Numbered from the stretch's first letter, positions 12,916-25,230 are shown. The stretch: DNA of 64,000 bases from Setoptus koraiensis (GCA_048013815.1 CM106586.1:8556001-8620000), one strand, 5' to 3'. Notes: generated by a model not told the origin, from the letters alone. Program-made: numbers and translations.

Positions 12916-13716
12916 TTATCTGATCGGCGACAGACGCTCTAGGAGTTTCATGTGACGTCGATACAAAGTCTTCACTATTGAACTACCAGAGGCACGTTGA
13001 CTGTCGTCGTAGTGATGAGATGCGTATGGGGGTCCCGGAGGTGGTGACGCCGCTGACGGGTATGGCTTGTTGCCGTAATTAGCCGCTGGTATGATGATAC
13101 TAGACGAGGATGACAATGTACAATCGTTTTATACATTTATATATAGTAAGATAATATGATGACAGTTGAAATGACAGATGAAATGACAGAGCGCGCAGGA
13201 AGGGTAGCAGATTGTGAAACACACAACATTAACGAATGTGCTTTTCCGATTTTTTTTTTTTTTTTGACAAAACAAAAAAAGTTGAGGAAAATTTCAAATT
13301 TTTCAGTGGTATTGGATATTGTCTGCTTGGTATGGCTGTTTCAAGCAAACAAACTTACCGCAACCATCGCACTTACAAAAGGGGTTGCTGTTGCTGCTGC
13401 TGCGGAGTCCCGTAACTTCCACCAGAACCTCCGCCATATTGGCTGGGGTAGGGGCCCATTTGTTGTTGGGCGTTTCTCGTGGCTATTAGCCAACACACAA
13501 ACAAATAATAATAAAAAATGATAACATAAAAACATATTTATAAATATCACACACTCAAAGATTCAAAGACTCATTGATTAATTAATTAGGCACGAGTTGA
13601 TTGTAATTACCTAGCAGTGTACCTATTAGTAGACCTGTCAAGAATTGTCGTTGTCCGCATTCGACCAATTGATTTATGGTCAACAGGTATAGTGTTGTTA
13701 ATAGTAACGTAATCAT
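12916..13716 (-). CDS. Small secreted Gly/Tyr/Pro/Gln-rich orphan protein, 131 aa, 3 exons
   Basis: Exons 13611-13716, 13377-13482, 12916-13099; GT-AG, phases 1 and 2 match, 396 nt. MITLLLTTLYLLTINQLVEC-GQRQFLTGLLIGTLLATRNAQQQMGPYPSQYGGGSGGSYGTPQQQQQQPLFIIIPAANYGNKPYP...RLSPIR. Confidence 0.7.
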
Positions 13717-16700
13717 ATATTTTAAACTGACTTGTTGTTGATGCGATCTGTTTTTCTTGTATCTCATCATTGTGTCCAACACAATAATTGTATGTGATAA
13801 TTCTGTTGACAAGCGACGATTTCTCATTGTTACTGATACGCCGATATAATACTGTTTTCACTGATAGTTTTTGTTGCCAGTTTTACTGAGGCCTAAAGGA
13901 TAAACGATAAACATTGCCTATCTACTGCCGTCAATAACTGTAACTCTGGCAGGTAGTTTTCTTTTGTTGTGAGCGCGACACTAATTAATCAGTTATCATG
14001 ACGATAGATTTTTTCGTCATTAGATGCTGCTATTCTTTTCGCTGCCAGACACAAAACATCGTGAAACATGAAAAGAATGTCAATTGTGGCAACTGCACGA
14101 CATGCAGTTGTCACAAAGACAGTTGCAAAGAGAAACGTAAAGAATATTACGCTCGCATTTGATTTTATTGGAATTGGTCTGCTTATCCATTGTGACATCG
14201 TTTACCTAGTGACAATTAATGACACTATAGGCGCCATCCTCATGCATGAGAATCATTAAGAAATGTCTGACGAACAAAAATTGTCGTTCGCACACAATCC
14301 GTCGATTGGTCGGATACCTTGCAGACGATCACACTTGATTGGTTGCAGCTCATCATAGGCGTCAATGGTTCATCAACCGATGTTTATTGTCTCGAAATAT
14401 CCCACAATATTGTCAGATGAACCATCAGCGACAGCAAGGGAATTTAAAGATAAATCAACAGATGAAACAATCGGCAACTTGATCTTCAGTCATTGACCTC
14501 CCTCCGAGGTTTTGCATTCAATAAAATAATGAGTATGAGTTATTCATCATCATACATTTTATACGAACGAATGTAGCAGATCGAATGTTGCTAATAAGCA
14601 TCAACATGAACACAGTTAATGTATTGACACTGTCAATTTGACAGTTTGCACAATCGCACCTGTTCGAACTGTCACTTGTAAGTTGGCGCTGGTGTCAACA
14701 TGAAGCCGACGTCATCAAGACAACTCTGTTGCGGCAACCATCGCGAAAGACAATCAATTCTCGCAATAATAATTTGTCTGTCTGCTATTGGTGGCCCTCC
14801 ATAATTATAACGAATAAACTTGCTAAAGACTCATCATCATCCTTGGTCACCTTCTCGCACACATGACAATAACAGAGACAAGTTGTTGTTGTTGCTGTTG
14901 TTGTTGCTGTTGTCCCTCTATGACGCAACACACATTTTTTGACAATTAAATCCGGGCTGGCATATCGGCGACTGTCAGGGCGGTGAGCCGCTATTAAGCC
15001 GCACCTTCGATACCCTTTTTTTTGCTGAACACCTTGCCAATACCCCGTTTATGGGTGCGCCATTTTGGGCGCTGGCAAGAACCTCGTGAGTTTTTTTTAA
15101 CAATGCAAACAATGGCTGCACATTTGCATACTGCATCATTTTGAAAAGATGATCGCACCAATCGGAGCGTCATTTGTGGAAAACAAATTTCCCTTGAGCA
15201 TCATGCTGACATTTCCGGATTGTTTATTTATCGCGTTTACGTGCACAGTTGAATATCGAACCAGTGAATCATCTTTTGACTCAAAAGTTTTGAGTGACAA
15301 TTTTTCGCCATGACAACCACCAAATATCGCGCGTTTCTTGAGGCTCATCTCTCTTTGGAACAGAGCTCGTGGCCAGTGTTGCCATGGAAACTTCCTTTGA
15401 ACAGGCGAACATATCTGACAATAGCCACTACAAACACGAACGTGTCCGCTGTCAGTGATATGTCACCTGATATTATGATTACTCTCTCATGCCGAATCGA
15501 CTTTATGATTGATTTCAATTGACGCACCGAAATTCGGTGGCGCTTGTTTCGGTCACTTGGTTCAATTGTCATTGTACCGGTAATTTCCCTCTAGCAGCGA
15601 CAAGGGATAGCCGGGATAAACCATGGTGCAATAGTTTGTTGTGTCGACTCGAGACTAGCTGCAATGCAAACTGGCTTGCTGTTGCTTTCTCACAGCGCCA
15701 TCTCGACGGTGTTTGTCCGAAACGCAGCACCGTTATCTAGCGCTTTCTATCAATACATTATGACAGCCAGCGCAGCAGAGCTATCTGACACTTGAATACT
15801 AAGTGCAGCTAGTTATCCTAGATGGACTAGATTGTCATGGCGAAATGTTTTCGTTTTGTGTAAATTTGGCAAAATACCCCCAGGTTCTTCTTATGTAATG
15901 ACAGGTCGTCGTCGTGGTTGCCGATGAATGGTAGAAAATACCTTGCGAGTCGCGACAGTAAAATGTCCGACAAAATACCCTCAACACCCCATTCACGACT
16001 GAACGATATTGCGTCACACAACAGAAGCTCACTTGAGCGAGCGAAGACCGTACTGTTTGTTGATGCAATTGCACTGATTGCAGCATAAACTATTACTGTG
16101 CCTGTAAGGTAGAGAGACAGGGCTAGATAGATAGATAGATATATAAACATCGACGAGTTGTCTCGCAAAGCCTTAAAGCCTCTCGGTTGTGGTGGCTGCT
16201 GCTGGCTTGCACACAGATTCATGCATCAGTGGCTTCTCTCGTAGCTTGGCGAAAAACTATTTCAGGATAGTAAACTAGAATTGGTAACAATAGTTGCCCA
16301 CAATATACCATTGTAGTCTATGTAACAGGTTATTTGTTGGTCTTGCTTCACATTCATATAAGGTAACTCTTACTATTCTTGTTGTTGGCTTTGCCTCGAC
16401 TCATGCCAATCACTGACTCGCCAGGCCGACCGTCTCACCGTCACCAACAACAACAACAGCAGCAACAACAACAATGTAGTTGTGTGGCTAGCCGTGGCTA
16501 GCTGACAGATGCAGTCAAAGACAGTCAATTATTTGGTAGCTTCTACGCATTAATCTCTCAGAGAGATAACATTGAGTCAAACGATACAGAGATATATATC
16601 ACCATATGACATCTATACCGATGAAACGTCTTGTTGTTGTCGCTTCTAACACTCTCATTATTTGGGTTATTTAATACACTGGATTCGAACATTGCCGATA

Positions 16701-17256
16701 TTGTTTCATAACTGTTATTCATTTATAGTTATTAGAGTTACAGAAAATAATGTAGTGAGTGAGCAGCCGGACCAGCCTTTCTCCTATCGGAACCTTGACA
16801 TCATCATACCCATCACAACAGCAACAGCACCAACAACAACCCCACAACAGCTATCAAGACACAAAAAGAAAATGTCGTCGCCATGTTGTTGCATAAATCG
16901 CACTAATCAAAATTTCCAAAATTATAAGCCATCTGCCACTCATCATTCCATGATATGTATCATAAATCCACTAAATTAAAAACAACACACACACATGGTC
17001 CATTGATAGTAACGGTCGGCTGAAATACTGCTGGTGATAAAATCTAAATGTTGTGGCGATCTTGTCTGACTTAAATGGAATTCTCTTGAATCTGTCATAA
17101 CCAGTCACAACTATACCCCACTATACTACAGATACATTGATTCAGACATATTAATACTGGTAAGATTCCACAGAAAAATACACACACACACACTCATTAG
17201 TTTGGTCATTTGTCATCAAGAGCCCAGAAATACCAGTGACAGGCTAATATCCAGTT

Positions 17257-18188
17257 ATGGACGATTATAAATTTTTATTCAAAATTGTTCTCGTTGGGAA
17301 TGCAGGCAAGTAATAACGATTGTTGTAGTGGTACTATTATATTATTGTTGTCTTTCAAACTATACTGTTATTTTTATCCCAAGGTATCCCATAGATACTT
17401 TCATGGAACTAGAAGATAGTATTATTAATTAACCAATTCAAAATTAACTCCTCCCCTCTAAATTAGGTGTTGGTAAAACCTGCCTTGTGAAACAATTTAC
17501 ACAAGGTTCAATACCTTCTGGCCAACAGGGCGCTACAATTGGTGTAGACTTTATGATTAAGACAGTCATAGCTGATGGTATTAAAATAAAACTTCAGCTC
17601 TGGGATACCGCTGGCCAAGAAAGATTCCGTTCCATCACACAAAGTTATTATAGATCCGCTCATTGCATCATATTAGTTTATGATATATCGTCGCAACCAT
17701 CATTTGATGCATTGAATAAATGGATTCGCGATGTAGATACTGTCATAGATAGGGGTAAGACTATACCAATTCATCTAACTATAAAAATCTGTCTTGATCT
17801 GTTTGACTTTTAATAACGAGAATCTTGTGTTGTGGCTATTGTTTTCCTAAATCATCTTCCTCACATGTGAACGCATATAATTATATATTTATATATATAC
17901 ATCTCTCAAGAATCTGCAAATGGTAGTGAAGTTCTCAGAGTTTTAGTTGGCAACAAATGCGATAAAGAACGCGAAATTCCTTGCTCAATAGCAGAAAAAT
18001 TTGCAGATGTAAATAATTTTGATTTATTTATGGAGACATCCGCATTGAATCCCGACAGTGTAGAGAGGTTATTTTATGATATTGCTGAAATGTTGGCCAT
18101 CAGGCGCTCTAACCAAAATACCGTACCTTCAGTAACATATGTCGATCCTCACAACGAAAAGACCAAATCGTGTTGCAACATTGTATGA
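17257..18188 (+). CDS. RAB30: Rab30 small GTPase, 204 aa, 3 exons
   Basis: Exons 17257-17305, 17467-17754, 17911-18188. Sequence MDDYKFLFKIVLVGNAGVGKTCL...GQQGATIGVDF...WDTAGQERFRSITQSYYRSA...LVGNKCD...ETSA, with C-terminal CCNIV prenylation motif. Intron 1 donor is GC (AG|GCAAGT). Confidence 0.92.
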
Positions 18189-18278
18189 TGTTGTCATGGA
18201 AATATGTTTAATCATTGGCATATCTATATATTCCTTCACTAGAACTACTCACTAATCAACGCCGATAGCTTATAGTTA

Positions 18279-19511
18279 TTAGAGATCTGTCTGAACTGTT
18301 CGTCTTCTCTGTTTCGTTGGGCTATTAGATGAAGACTTGAAAACTTTGGTGGCCATAAACGATTGGAATCTCTGACAATAGTATGCTGGTTTATGTACGG
18401 ATATACTATCTCCGTCCATTATCATTGATTTGAATGTATGTTCAAGTTTCTTTTTAAATCTGTAACTTTGTAAAATGTCTATAATACCCATAAAAAGTAA
18501 TAAATTTTCCCCTTTTGAGTTGCGCGCTGGGATTGCGCCAAGTACATCTTGGTTCATAGAATCCATTCCTAGATTAGATAGACCTGGCCTATTTGTTTGC
18601 GGTTTATTTGTAGATGTTCCTTCTCCAGCATTATTGAGTTTATTGTTGATAGTGGGCGTTTGCTCGTCCTCTCCTTTTGCCTGATCTAAATTATGTACAC
18701 CAACAAGTAAACTGAAATCCATTATTTTGAAACTCTCTAATACTCTAAGATCTGTTTGAATAGTTTTCATCAGACTGTTGTATGTTTCAGGTTCTAGAAT
18801 GAGACCCTCACTATGATGTTCCATAAAGTCAAGGTCCTTGAATGTTGGTGATGGTTTCGATCTCTCATAACTGCTAGCTTTTCTTTTGTATGTGGATCCT
18901 TTTAGGTCATATTTTTGGTGCATTTTGATTGTAGATGGTAATAAGTTATTCATGATTATTAAACGAACATTCTTTCCGCCACAAATATAACAATATTGGC
19001 CGAAGAATTTAGGTAACAATGTGTGAGGGTTTTGCCTTAAATTCATATAATAGCCTGGCAAAAGTTTTAATAAAAATTCGGCCTCTTTGTGCTGTACAGT
19101 CTTAATAATGAAATCGTCATCATGCGTTAAATAGAAGACGCTTCCAGAAGCGCCAGGATTCGTCAATTCTCTTAGAGGAGCGTTGCAAACTGATATTAAA
19201 AAATCATCTGTTTTAATACAAAACAATGCTCTAAAATGGCGGAATGCTATTGGAGCGTATGTTTTAAATTTAAAATCATTGTAATGGTGAGCCGGTGTTT
19301 GTTGACTTCCAGCTTTTGTGAAAGGTACTGTCTCAACTTCCATGAAATCCTTCATTAATAAATCTCTTTCTGGCTTGGACGCCAAACTTCCTATAGCCGT
19401 TGTTATGCCTAATTGAATTGATCCCATAATCTGTGTGGTCTGTATTTTTTTGAAGGTGATATTACCGGAATCATCCATTCGTCGATGACCAATACGCTTT
19501 TGTTCGGCCAT
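18279..19511 (-). CDS. PIP5K1: Type I phosphatidylinositol 4-phosphate 5-kinase (skittles/PIP5K1-like), 410 aa, no introns in the visible ORF
   Basis: Motifs IGHRR, KKIQTTQIMGSIQLGI, FKFKTYAPIAFRHFR, NPGASGSVFY, FIIKTV, MNNLLP, YDLKGSTYKR, KDLDF, MDFSLLVGVH, GIIDILQSY. A short upstream exon cannot be excluded. Confidence 0.95.
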   Translation of the reverse strand: MAEQKRIGHRRMDDSGNITFKKIQTTQIMGSIQLGITTAIGSLASKPERDLLMKDFMEVETVPFTKAGSQQTPAHHYNDFKFKTYAPIAFRHFRALFCIKTDDFLISVCNAPLRELTNPGASGSVFYLTHDDDFIIKTVQHKEAEFLLKLLPGYYMNLRQNPHTLLPKFFGQYCYICGGKNVRLIIMNNLLPSTIKMHQKYDLKGSTYKRKASSYERSKPSPTFKDLDFMEHHSEGLILEPETYNSLMKTIQTDLRVLESFKIMDFSLLVGVHNLDQAKGEDEQTPTINNKLNNAGEGTSTNKPQTNRPGLSNLGMDSMNQDVLGAIPARNSKGENLLLFMGIIDILQSYRFKKKLEHTFKSMIMDGDSISVHKPAYYCQRFQSFMATKVFKSSSNSPTKQRRRTVQTDL

Positions 19512-20089
19512 CTCTGTTGTTGTTGTTGTAATTTCTTACACCTCCACTAATAATAATTACAATAATAGTATAATAATAAATAATGAATCCTCTACAATAT
19601 ATTATTCTATATGTGAAGCAGTTTGACAAGTAAATAAATTTTTCTCTTTCTCTCTCTGTCTCTCAATCCCTCTCCATTGTATCTAATGTCGAATGCTTTA
19701 TCACTCTTCATTCGATGTAGAAGCTCCATTAGCGCATGGGCTTTCTACTTTAGCGCGCTGGTTTGAAATGTTTCAGGATTACCTACAGTATGAAACAAAA
19801 TGTTTGTACATACTGTAGCAATTCCTGCAGTATGAGAAAATCGAAAGTAATCAACCAAGTATTATTAGTCAGCTAGAATATTGATCCAATTTCATAAATG
19901 TTGGGATATTTCACGATTTCTGTCGAAATTTCGTCACCACATTGGATTATACTATTAATATCTATTACTACTACCTACCACCACATCTTAATATCACAGC
20001 ATGATTATTTGTTCAAGATATCAGATTTCTGAGTTGCAATAAATAAGACAATCTCACTATTACGTTTGGGAGATTCTGTAATCTTCAAA

Positions 20090-20518
20090 ATGACAGACAG
20101 GTTAACCCAGCTCCAGGATGCTGTCAACATGCAAGCTGAACATTTCTGTAACGCAATAGGCGTATTACAACAATTCGCCCCAACATCCCTATTTACTGAG
20201 GTTGAGAGATCGCAAGAATCACAACAACAGCAACCACCGCCGGCCGAAGACTATCCGCAGCTTTTTGCCTCTCTCATAGCAAGAACAGCCAAAGATATAG
20301 ATACCCTCATTGATTCTTTACCCAGCGAAGAATCTACTCCCGAGCTTCAAGCTGCAAGCCTCAGAAGGTTTGAGGCTGACAACGAGGAGGCAGCGAAGAA
20401 ACTTCAAGAGTCAGTCAAAAGATGCGAGGATCTACTAGAGCACATTCAGAATTCACTGAGAGAAATAGCAAAGACGAGTTTGTTTACCGATGCTCAAAAG
20501 GATAGCTCGTTGAGTTGA
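20090..20518 (+). CDS. MED21: Mediator subunit 21, copy A, 142 aa
   Basis: MTDRLTQLQDAVN...FCNAIGVLQQ...LFASLIARTAKDIDTLIDSLPSEEST. Confidence 0.95.
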   Translation: MTDRLTQLQDAVNMQAEHFCNAIGVLQQFAPTSLFTEVERSQESQQQQPPPAEDYPQLFASLIARTAKDIDTLIDSLPSEESTPELQAASLRRFEADNEEAAKKLQESVKRCEDLLEHIQNSLREIAKTSLFTDAQKDSSLS

Positions 20519-20695
20519 TAGGCTACATTATCGTTCTAATGTAGTACTTTATTTCGATCGAATTAAAGGTTTGAAATGTACAACAAGATTGTTTGAATCT
20601 TGTTTGAGTGCTTTGGTATATGCGTATATTTTGTTGAATATGCTCCGCTGAGTAGACTACCAAACATTTTTTGATTGGTATCGAACATTTCGTTT

Positions 20696-21322
20696 CTAAT
20701 CCACCTCACATCCATAAATGTTCAGTCCAAGATATTCGCCGATTGTATCATGATCAGTGTTGTAATCATGCAATTGTGATGAAGGATCGATGTATACAGG
20801 ATCCACAGGTTGATAGAAATTTGTAGTGACAAACTCTTCACAGATACCGTTCTCAGAGTTGCCACCTAATACTTGTTGTTGATTAATGTATTGTGGAACT
20901 GGCGTCTGTTGTTGGATCTGATAAATTGGATGTAAAGTTGATTGTTGTATTGGTTGAATGTATGATTGTTGATTCTGATTATATTGTTGGTATGATTGTT
21001 GGTCTTGATTTGTAATGATGTTATTAGTACCGTTGAGTGAAATATTATTACTGCATTGGCAAGCTGCTAGCTTGGCCTTGAGTTTTTCGATTAATGTCTT
21101 CTGTTCCTCATAGTCTTTTGCGAGAGCTTGAAGATGTTGCTTTTCCTTCAATTGTTCCTCGTGCTGGAATTCAATCAAATTTGAGTTGGCTAATACCAAC
21201 TGTTGTAAATCATATTTTTCTTTAACCATATTATTCATATCCTGATTGGTAGTATGATTGTTACTAACCAATTTGCGACCAATCACTGGATTGCAATCAT
21301 TGCTGGTGCTGTTGCCAATCAT
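20696..21322 (-). CDS. Uncharacterised 208-aa protein with coiled-coil and Q/N-rich segments, copy A
   Basis: ATG-initiated single-exon ORF in AT-rich DNA; heptad-like EEQLKEKQHLQALAKDYEEQKTLIEKLKAKL. No family recognised. Confidence 0.6.
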   Translation of the reverse strand: MIGNSTSNDCNPVIGRKLVSNNHTTNQDMNNMVKEKYDLQQLVLANSNLIEFQHEEQLKEKQHLQALAKDYEEQKTLIEKLKAKLAACQCSNNISLNGTNNIITNQDQQSYQQYNQNQQSYIQPIQQSTLHPIYQIQQQTPVPQYINQQQVLGGNSENGICEEFVTTNFYQPVDPVYIDPSSQLHDYNTDHDTIGEYLGLNIYGCEVD

Positions 21323-23053
21323 GTTGCCCCTGAATATTAGAATTTTTTATATTCTAGTAATTACGTTTACTGAGTGTGTCTAGGCATCAATTTCCAATCT
21401 GCCTATGTAACCTTTGAGTGCTATTTAGATGCGTACATAACTTGTTTTAAGTATATGTATAATTGAATTGGTTGGTGTATAAATACTATCGAATACTGAT
21501 TATTGTGTTCTAGGTTTAATGAAATGAGGGGTGATAATATAATATCCTGGTGGTTATACACACAGGATATTCAGATCGCCCTTGAGTGCTTCAGTTCCTA
21601 GCGGGTTGAGTGCTTTTGTGATCACCTACTAACTGTTATGAGTTAGTTATCATTGATTTGCATAGTTGCTCAATGATGAAATATAAATATATACAACATA
21701 TATAAATAACTACTAGTATTAATATAATATCGAGTTATTATCGTGAACCATTACATTTGTTTCTTAACCATTATGTGCAACAAATGCTAGATATATAATC
21801 GCTGCCGCTATGCAACTAGAATGATGTAGTTGATTGGGTGCCTCAAGAATACATTTCGCTATTTGTTATATGTATAAATAAAAATCCTGTGATTACATGT
21901 ACGATGATATATTCATCATATAGTGGCCCGTATAAGCGTATATCTATATACATGCATATATAGATATACAGCGAAATACGAAGACGACGGCGTGTGTGTG
22001 GATAAATAAATACTTGTTTGTAAAATGGGTATAGATAATTAATTACAGTATATAAATATATATATCGAGTAGACAATGAAAATATCTCCTGTGTGTCTCT
22101 CGGTTCTCTGATTTTTTTTTTGCTTTGGTCTTATTGATATCTCTATGGAGTGAATATTTTTGGTTAGTTCAAATTCAATCGTTCAAATCGTTCAATCGTT
22201 GACGCTAATAATAACAAGAATAGTATAGAACTAATAAAATATTGGTCTGATATTGTTACTGGTGATAATAATAATAATGATTGTTACAAATAGTGGTTGT
22301 GTGTCATAGCATATATATATATAATTCTGTTTCCATTATGATGATATACAGCCCATAACGCTGGCGAGGGAATAGTCTGAAAATATTCGACGACTACAAT
22401 GACTGCAGCGAATAATGTGTGTGAGTGTGTGTGTTCGACGCGCAGCGTGATTTGTTCGTTAATGTTGGCATGTCTGTCTCTGTCTGTTTGCATGTGTGCG
22501 AGCGTGTCTGTGTGAGCCTCTCTTGTGTGAGTGTCCGTGTGTGCGTCTAAGTGTGAGTGTGATTTCAAGGCTTTGTGTGCTGTCCGTGTGTGTTTGCGTT
22601 CGAAATCGAAATTCTCAGCGAAAGCCGAAGAGGAATTAAATCACTCAAGCAACACACACACGCACGCACACACACTCACACACACACACACAGACAACAA
22701 TAACAACGACGACGAATGCTCTGCCGCAAAAAAGCAGTTCTTCGAGAGGGGAAGACAAAGCGGGAGTGGCAGTCGAATTAACAAACACAAAGACAGACAT
22801 GTAGCCGGCTAGGCTGGTTAAAATCAGGCGCGGACAAGGTATTTTCCACTAATACTCATGTAGTCCACGCCAATAAAGAGAGTACATAGATTATATTAAT
22901 CCCGTCGTCTTACAAATGTTAGTCATGACGAGACATTTTCATTATCATCAAAAGTAGTGTTATCATTACTATTGTCTGTAATTGCCACAAACAGTGCACA
23001 TGATGATATTATCATTCCCGAATCTAACTTATGTCCCGACTCACTAACCAGAG

Positions 23054-23890
23054 ATGCTAGCACACTACTATTACCTGTCCACTCTCATTTGTTGTTGTAC
23101 CACACTCGTTTATTCCAGCACTCGCACACTCGCATTTGGCGGCGGCCCCAACACTGACGCCACTTACAAGCTCAACAATCAACATCATCATCATCATTCC
23201 GAACAGTTTAATGACATTGGCCTGGACGATGGTCTTATATCTGTTGATGAGGGCAAACTCAGGCTGGCCATGTTAGTCAGCAACAAATAGATACAAACAA
23301 TGACAACTATCTAGACTACACTGAACTGGCGTCATGGATTAGGCAAACAGAACAAGCCTAATATGCGAGAAGATGTTGGACGCCAATGGTCAAGCTACCG
23401 GCTACCAGGCGCAGATGACGCCAGGTTGACCTGGAACCAGTATAGAGATCAAAATTACAATTATGTTGAACAAATGAAACGAAAAGTGAAAGCAAATTTA
23501 CGTGATCATCTAATAAAAAGCATCAAGAAGTCAGAGTTGCGCGAAAAGAGGCGATGGCAAGCGCTGATGTTAATCAAGACGGCCTATTAAATAAAGATGA
23601 ATTCTATTGCTTCATCCATCCACATGAGTTCGCCCATATGCGTGCAACCATAGTTGAGGAGGTTATTTCAGAAATCGACAAGGATAATGATGGAAGAATC
23701 TCGCAAGACGAATACGCAACCAATTCTATTATCACAAAAGAAATTGATCGAAGCGAGCATCTAAAAGAAGGTATGAAAAACAATGCGCTAGAAGTTGAGC
23801 GTAGAAAGTTTTCACAATTAGATGTGAACGGCGATAGTTTCCTAGATCAAAAAGAGATTGAATCATCGTCACACTTGATGCCGAGCTCAA
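23054..23890 (+). pseudogene. Calumenin/reticulocalbin (CREC) copy A, frameshifted as assembled and truncated by the gap
   Basis: Matches copy B except for -A at 23285-87 (creates TAG at 23288), +A at 23360-61 and -G at ~23563. May be sequencing error rather than true decay. Confidence 0.6.
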
Positions 23891-24390
23891 NNNNNNNNNN
23901 NNNNNNNNNNNNNNNNNNNNNNNNNNNNNNNNNNNNNNNNNNNNNNNNNNNNNNNNNNNNNNNNNNNNNNNNNNNNNNNNNNNNNNNNNNNNNNNNNNNN
24001 NNNNNNNNNNNNNNNNNNNNNNNNNNNNNNNNNNNNNNNNNNNNNNNNNNNNNNNNNNNNNNNNNNNNNNNNNNNNNNNNNNNNNNNNNNNNNNNNNNNN
24101 NNNNNNNNNNNNNNNNNNNNNNNNNNNNNNNNNNNNNNNNNNNNNNNNNNNNNNNNNNNNNNNNNNNNNNNNNNNNNNNNNNNNNNNNNNNNNNNNNNNN
24201 NNNNNNNNNNNNNNNNNNNNNNNNNNNNNNNNNNNNNNNNNNNNNNNNNNNNNNNNNNNNNNNNNNNNNNNNNNNNNNNNNNNNNNNNNNNNNNNNNNNN
24301 NNNNNNNNNNNNNNNNNNNNNNNNNNNNNNNNNNNNNNNNNNNNNNNNNNNNNNNNNNNNNNNNNNNNNNNNNNNNNNNNNNNNNNNNNN
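23891..24390. other. Scaffold gap (exactly 500 N)
   Basis: N run; the round length suggests a placeholder size. Confidence 0.99.
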
Positions 24391-25230
24391 CATTGAGCTC
24401 GGCATCAAGTGTGACGATGATTCAATCTCTTTTTGATCTAGGAAACTATCGCCGTTCACATCTAATTGTGAAAACTTTCTACGCTCAACTTCTAGCGCAT
24501 TGTTTTTCATACCTTCTTTTAGATGCTCGCTTCGATCAATTTCTTTTGTGATAATAGAATTGGTTGCGTATTCGTCTTGCGAGATTCTTCCATCATTATC
24601 CTTGTCGATTTCTGAAATAACCTCCTCAACTATGGTTGCACGCATATGGGCGAACTCATGTGGATGGATGAAGCAATAGAATTCATCTTTATTTAATAGG
24701 CCGTCTTGATTAACATCAGCCGCTTGCCATCGCCTCTTTTCGCGCAACTCTGACTTCTTGATGCTTTTTATTAGATGATCACGTAAATTTGCTTTCACTT
24801 TTCGTTTCATTTGTTCAACATAATTGTAATTTTGATCTCTATACTGGTTCCAGGTCAACCTGGCGTCATCTGCGCCTGGTAGCCGGTAGCTTGACCATTG
24901 GCGTCCAACATCTTCTCGCATATAGGCTTGTTCTGTTTGCCTAATCCATGACGCCAGTTCAGTGTAGTCTAGATAGTTGTCATTGTTTGTATCTATTTTG
25001 TTGCTGACTAACATGGCCAGCCTGAGTTTGCCCTCATCAACAGATATAAGACCATCGTCCAGGCCAATGTCATTAAACTGTTCGGAATGATGATGATGAT
25101 GTTGATTGTTGAGCTTGTAAGTGGCGTCAGTGTTGGGGCCGCCGCCAAATGCGAGTGTGCGAGTGCTGGAATAAACGAGTGTGGTACAACAACAAATGAG
25201 AGTGGACAGGTAATAGTAGTGTGCTAGCAT
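24391..25230 (-). CDS. Calumenin/reticulocalbin (CREC) EF-hand protein, copy B, 3' end lost in gap
   Basis: Signal-peptide-like N-terminus; EF-hand loops DTNNDNYLDYTE, DVNQDGLLNKDE, DKDNDGRISQDE, DVNGDSFLDQKE; CREC motifs RREKRRWxxAD-like (REKRRWQAAD) and FIHPHEF. 280 codons open up to the gap. Confidence 0.9.

Larger units (their letters stand above)
19601..23890 (+). repeat. Left arm of large inverted duplication
   Basis: Reverse complement of 24393-28736. Mirrored ORFs have identical translations and coordinate sum 48284. Near-identical from 19740; diverged rim 19601-19739. Confidence 0.95.

Noticed and set aside
15136-16222. Cluster of minus-strand ORFs with a hydrophobic stretch and a strong acceptor near 16102
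   Set aside because: No consistent multi-exon model or homology; part of the hydrophobicity comes from an (ATCT)n tract.
21843-22812. Short ORFs in the arm (and mirrors at 25472-26441)
   Set aside because: Derived from TA/CA/GT microsatellite-rich intergenic DNA.
23554-24396. ORFs of 280 and 447 aa running through X residues
   Set aside because: Artefacts of translating the N gap.
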